This document shows positions 63,748-64,000 of a stretch of 64,000 nucleotides of DNA, one piece after another. Numbering within the stretch: position 1 is the stretch's first letter; every line of letters starts with the position of its first letter. Position numbers and translations under genes: made by a program. The stretch comes from Macrostomum hystrix. Taxonomy: Eukaryota > Animalia > Platyhelminthes. The notes under the pieces were generated by a model. The model did no database searches. It saw nothing but the letters and a program-made list of their open reading frames with translations, and was not told where the DNA came from. The stretch spans positions 16,864,001 through 16,928,000 of the forward strand of contig CATNEN010000001.1 of assembly GCA_950097015.1 (NCBI GenBank). The letters are read 5' to 3'.

Positions 63748-64000
63748 TGGTCCACAGATTCTTTTTGCTTGGCTGTACTATATTTTAAGTAAAATTAGTA
63801 CAACATAAGGCTGTGATTGTTTATTGTTTGATTTATTGTACTACAATGTTCAACTTACCTAGATTTTTTTCGTCTTGCAAACATTTTTTTCATTATTTTG
63901 GTAACTAAAATTCGAGTGCCATTTTTTGACAAAGAAAACTCCTCATTTGTTTGAATTTGTTAATATTTTGGTATAAGCTTGTTGAAATTATTGCTCGTAT

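Overview
Eukaryotic (invertebrate animal) genomic DNA with spliceosomal introns, SINEs, LINEs and minisatellites; the species cannot be established from sequence alone. The main feature is a cluster (about 5.5-32.8 kb) of six intact copies and one truncated copy of an intronless gene for a small secreted prepropeptide. Its layout is signal peptide, strongly acidic propiece, KK cleavage site, Arg/aromatic-rich cationic mature peptide and C-terminal Gly-Lys amidation signal. This is the architecture of antimicrobial/host-defence peptide precursors, but I do not recognise the family. Four copies sit in a 7.6 kb palindrome, one has a different mature peptide and one is a recombinant mosaic. Other genes: a frameshifted intronless DEG/ENaC channel, a divergent PKA regulatory-subunit-like gene, a glutaminyl cyclase, a caspase with a DED-like prodomain and a WD40 protein. 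Mobile DNA: a full-length APE-RT-RNaseH non-LTR retrotransposon with a 97-bp tandem array in a highly structured 5' UTR, an internally deleted Helitron, Tc1/mariner, RTE-like, BEL/Pao and Crypton-like fragments, two tRNA-derived SINE families and several MITEs. There are many minisatellite arrays.
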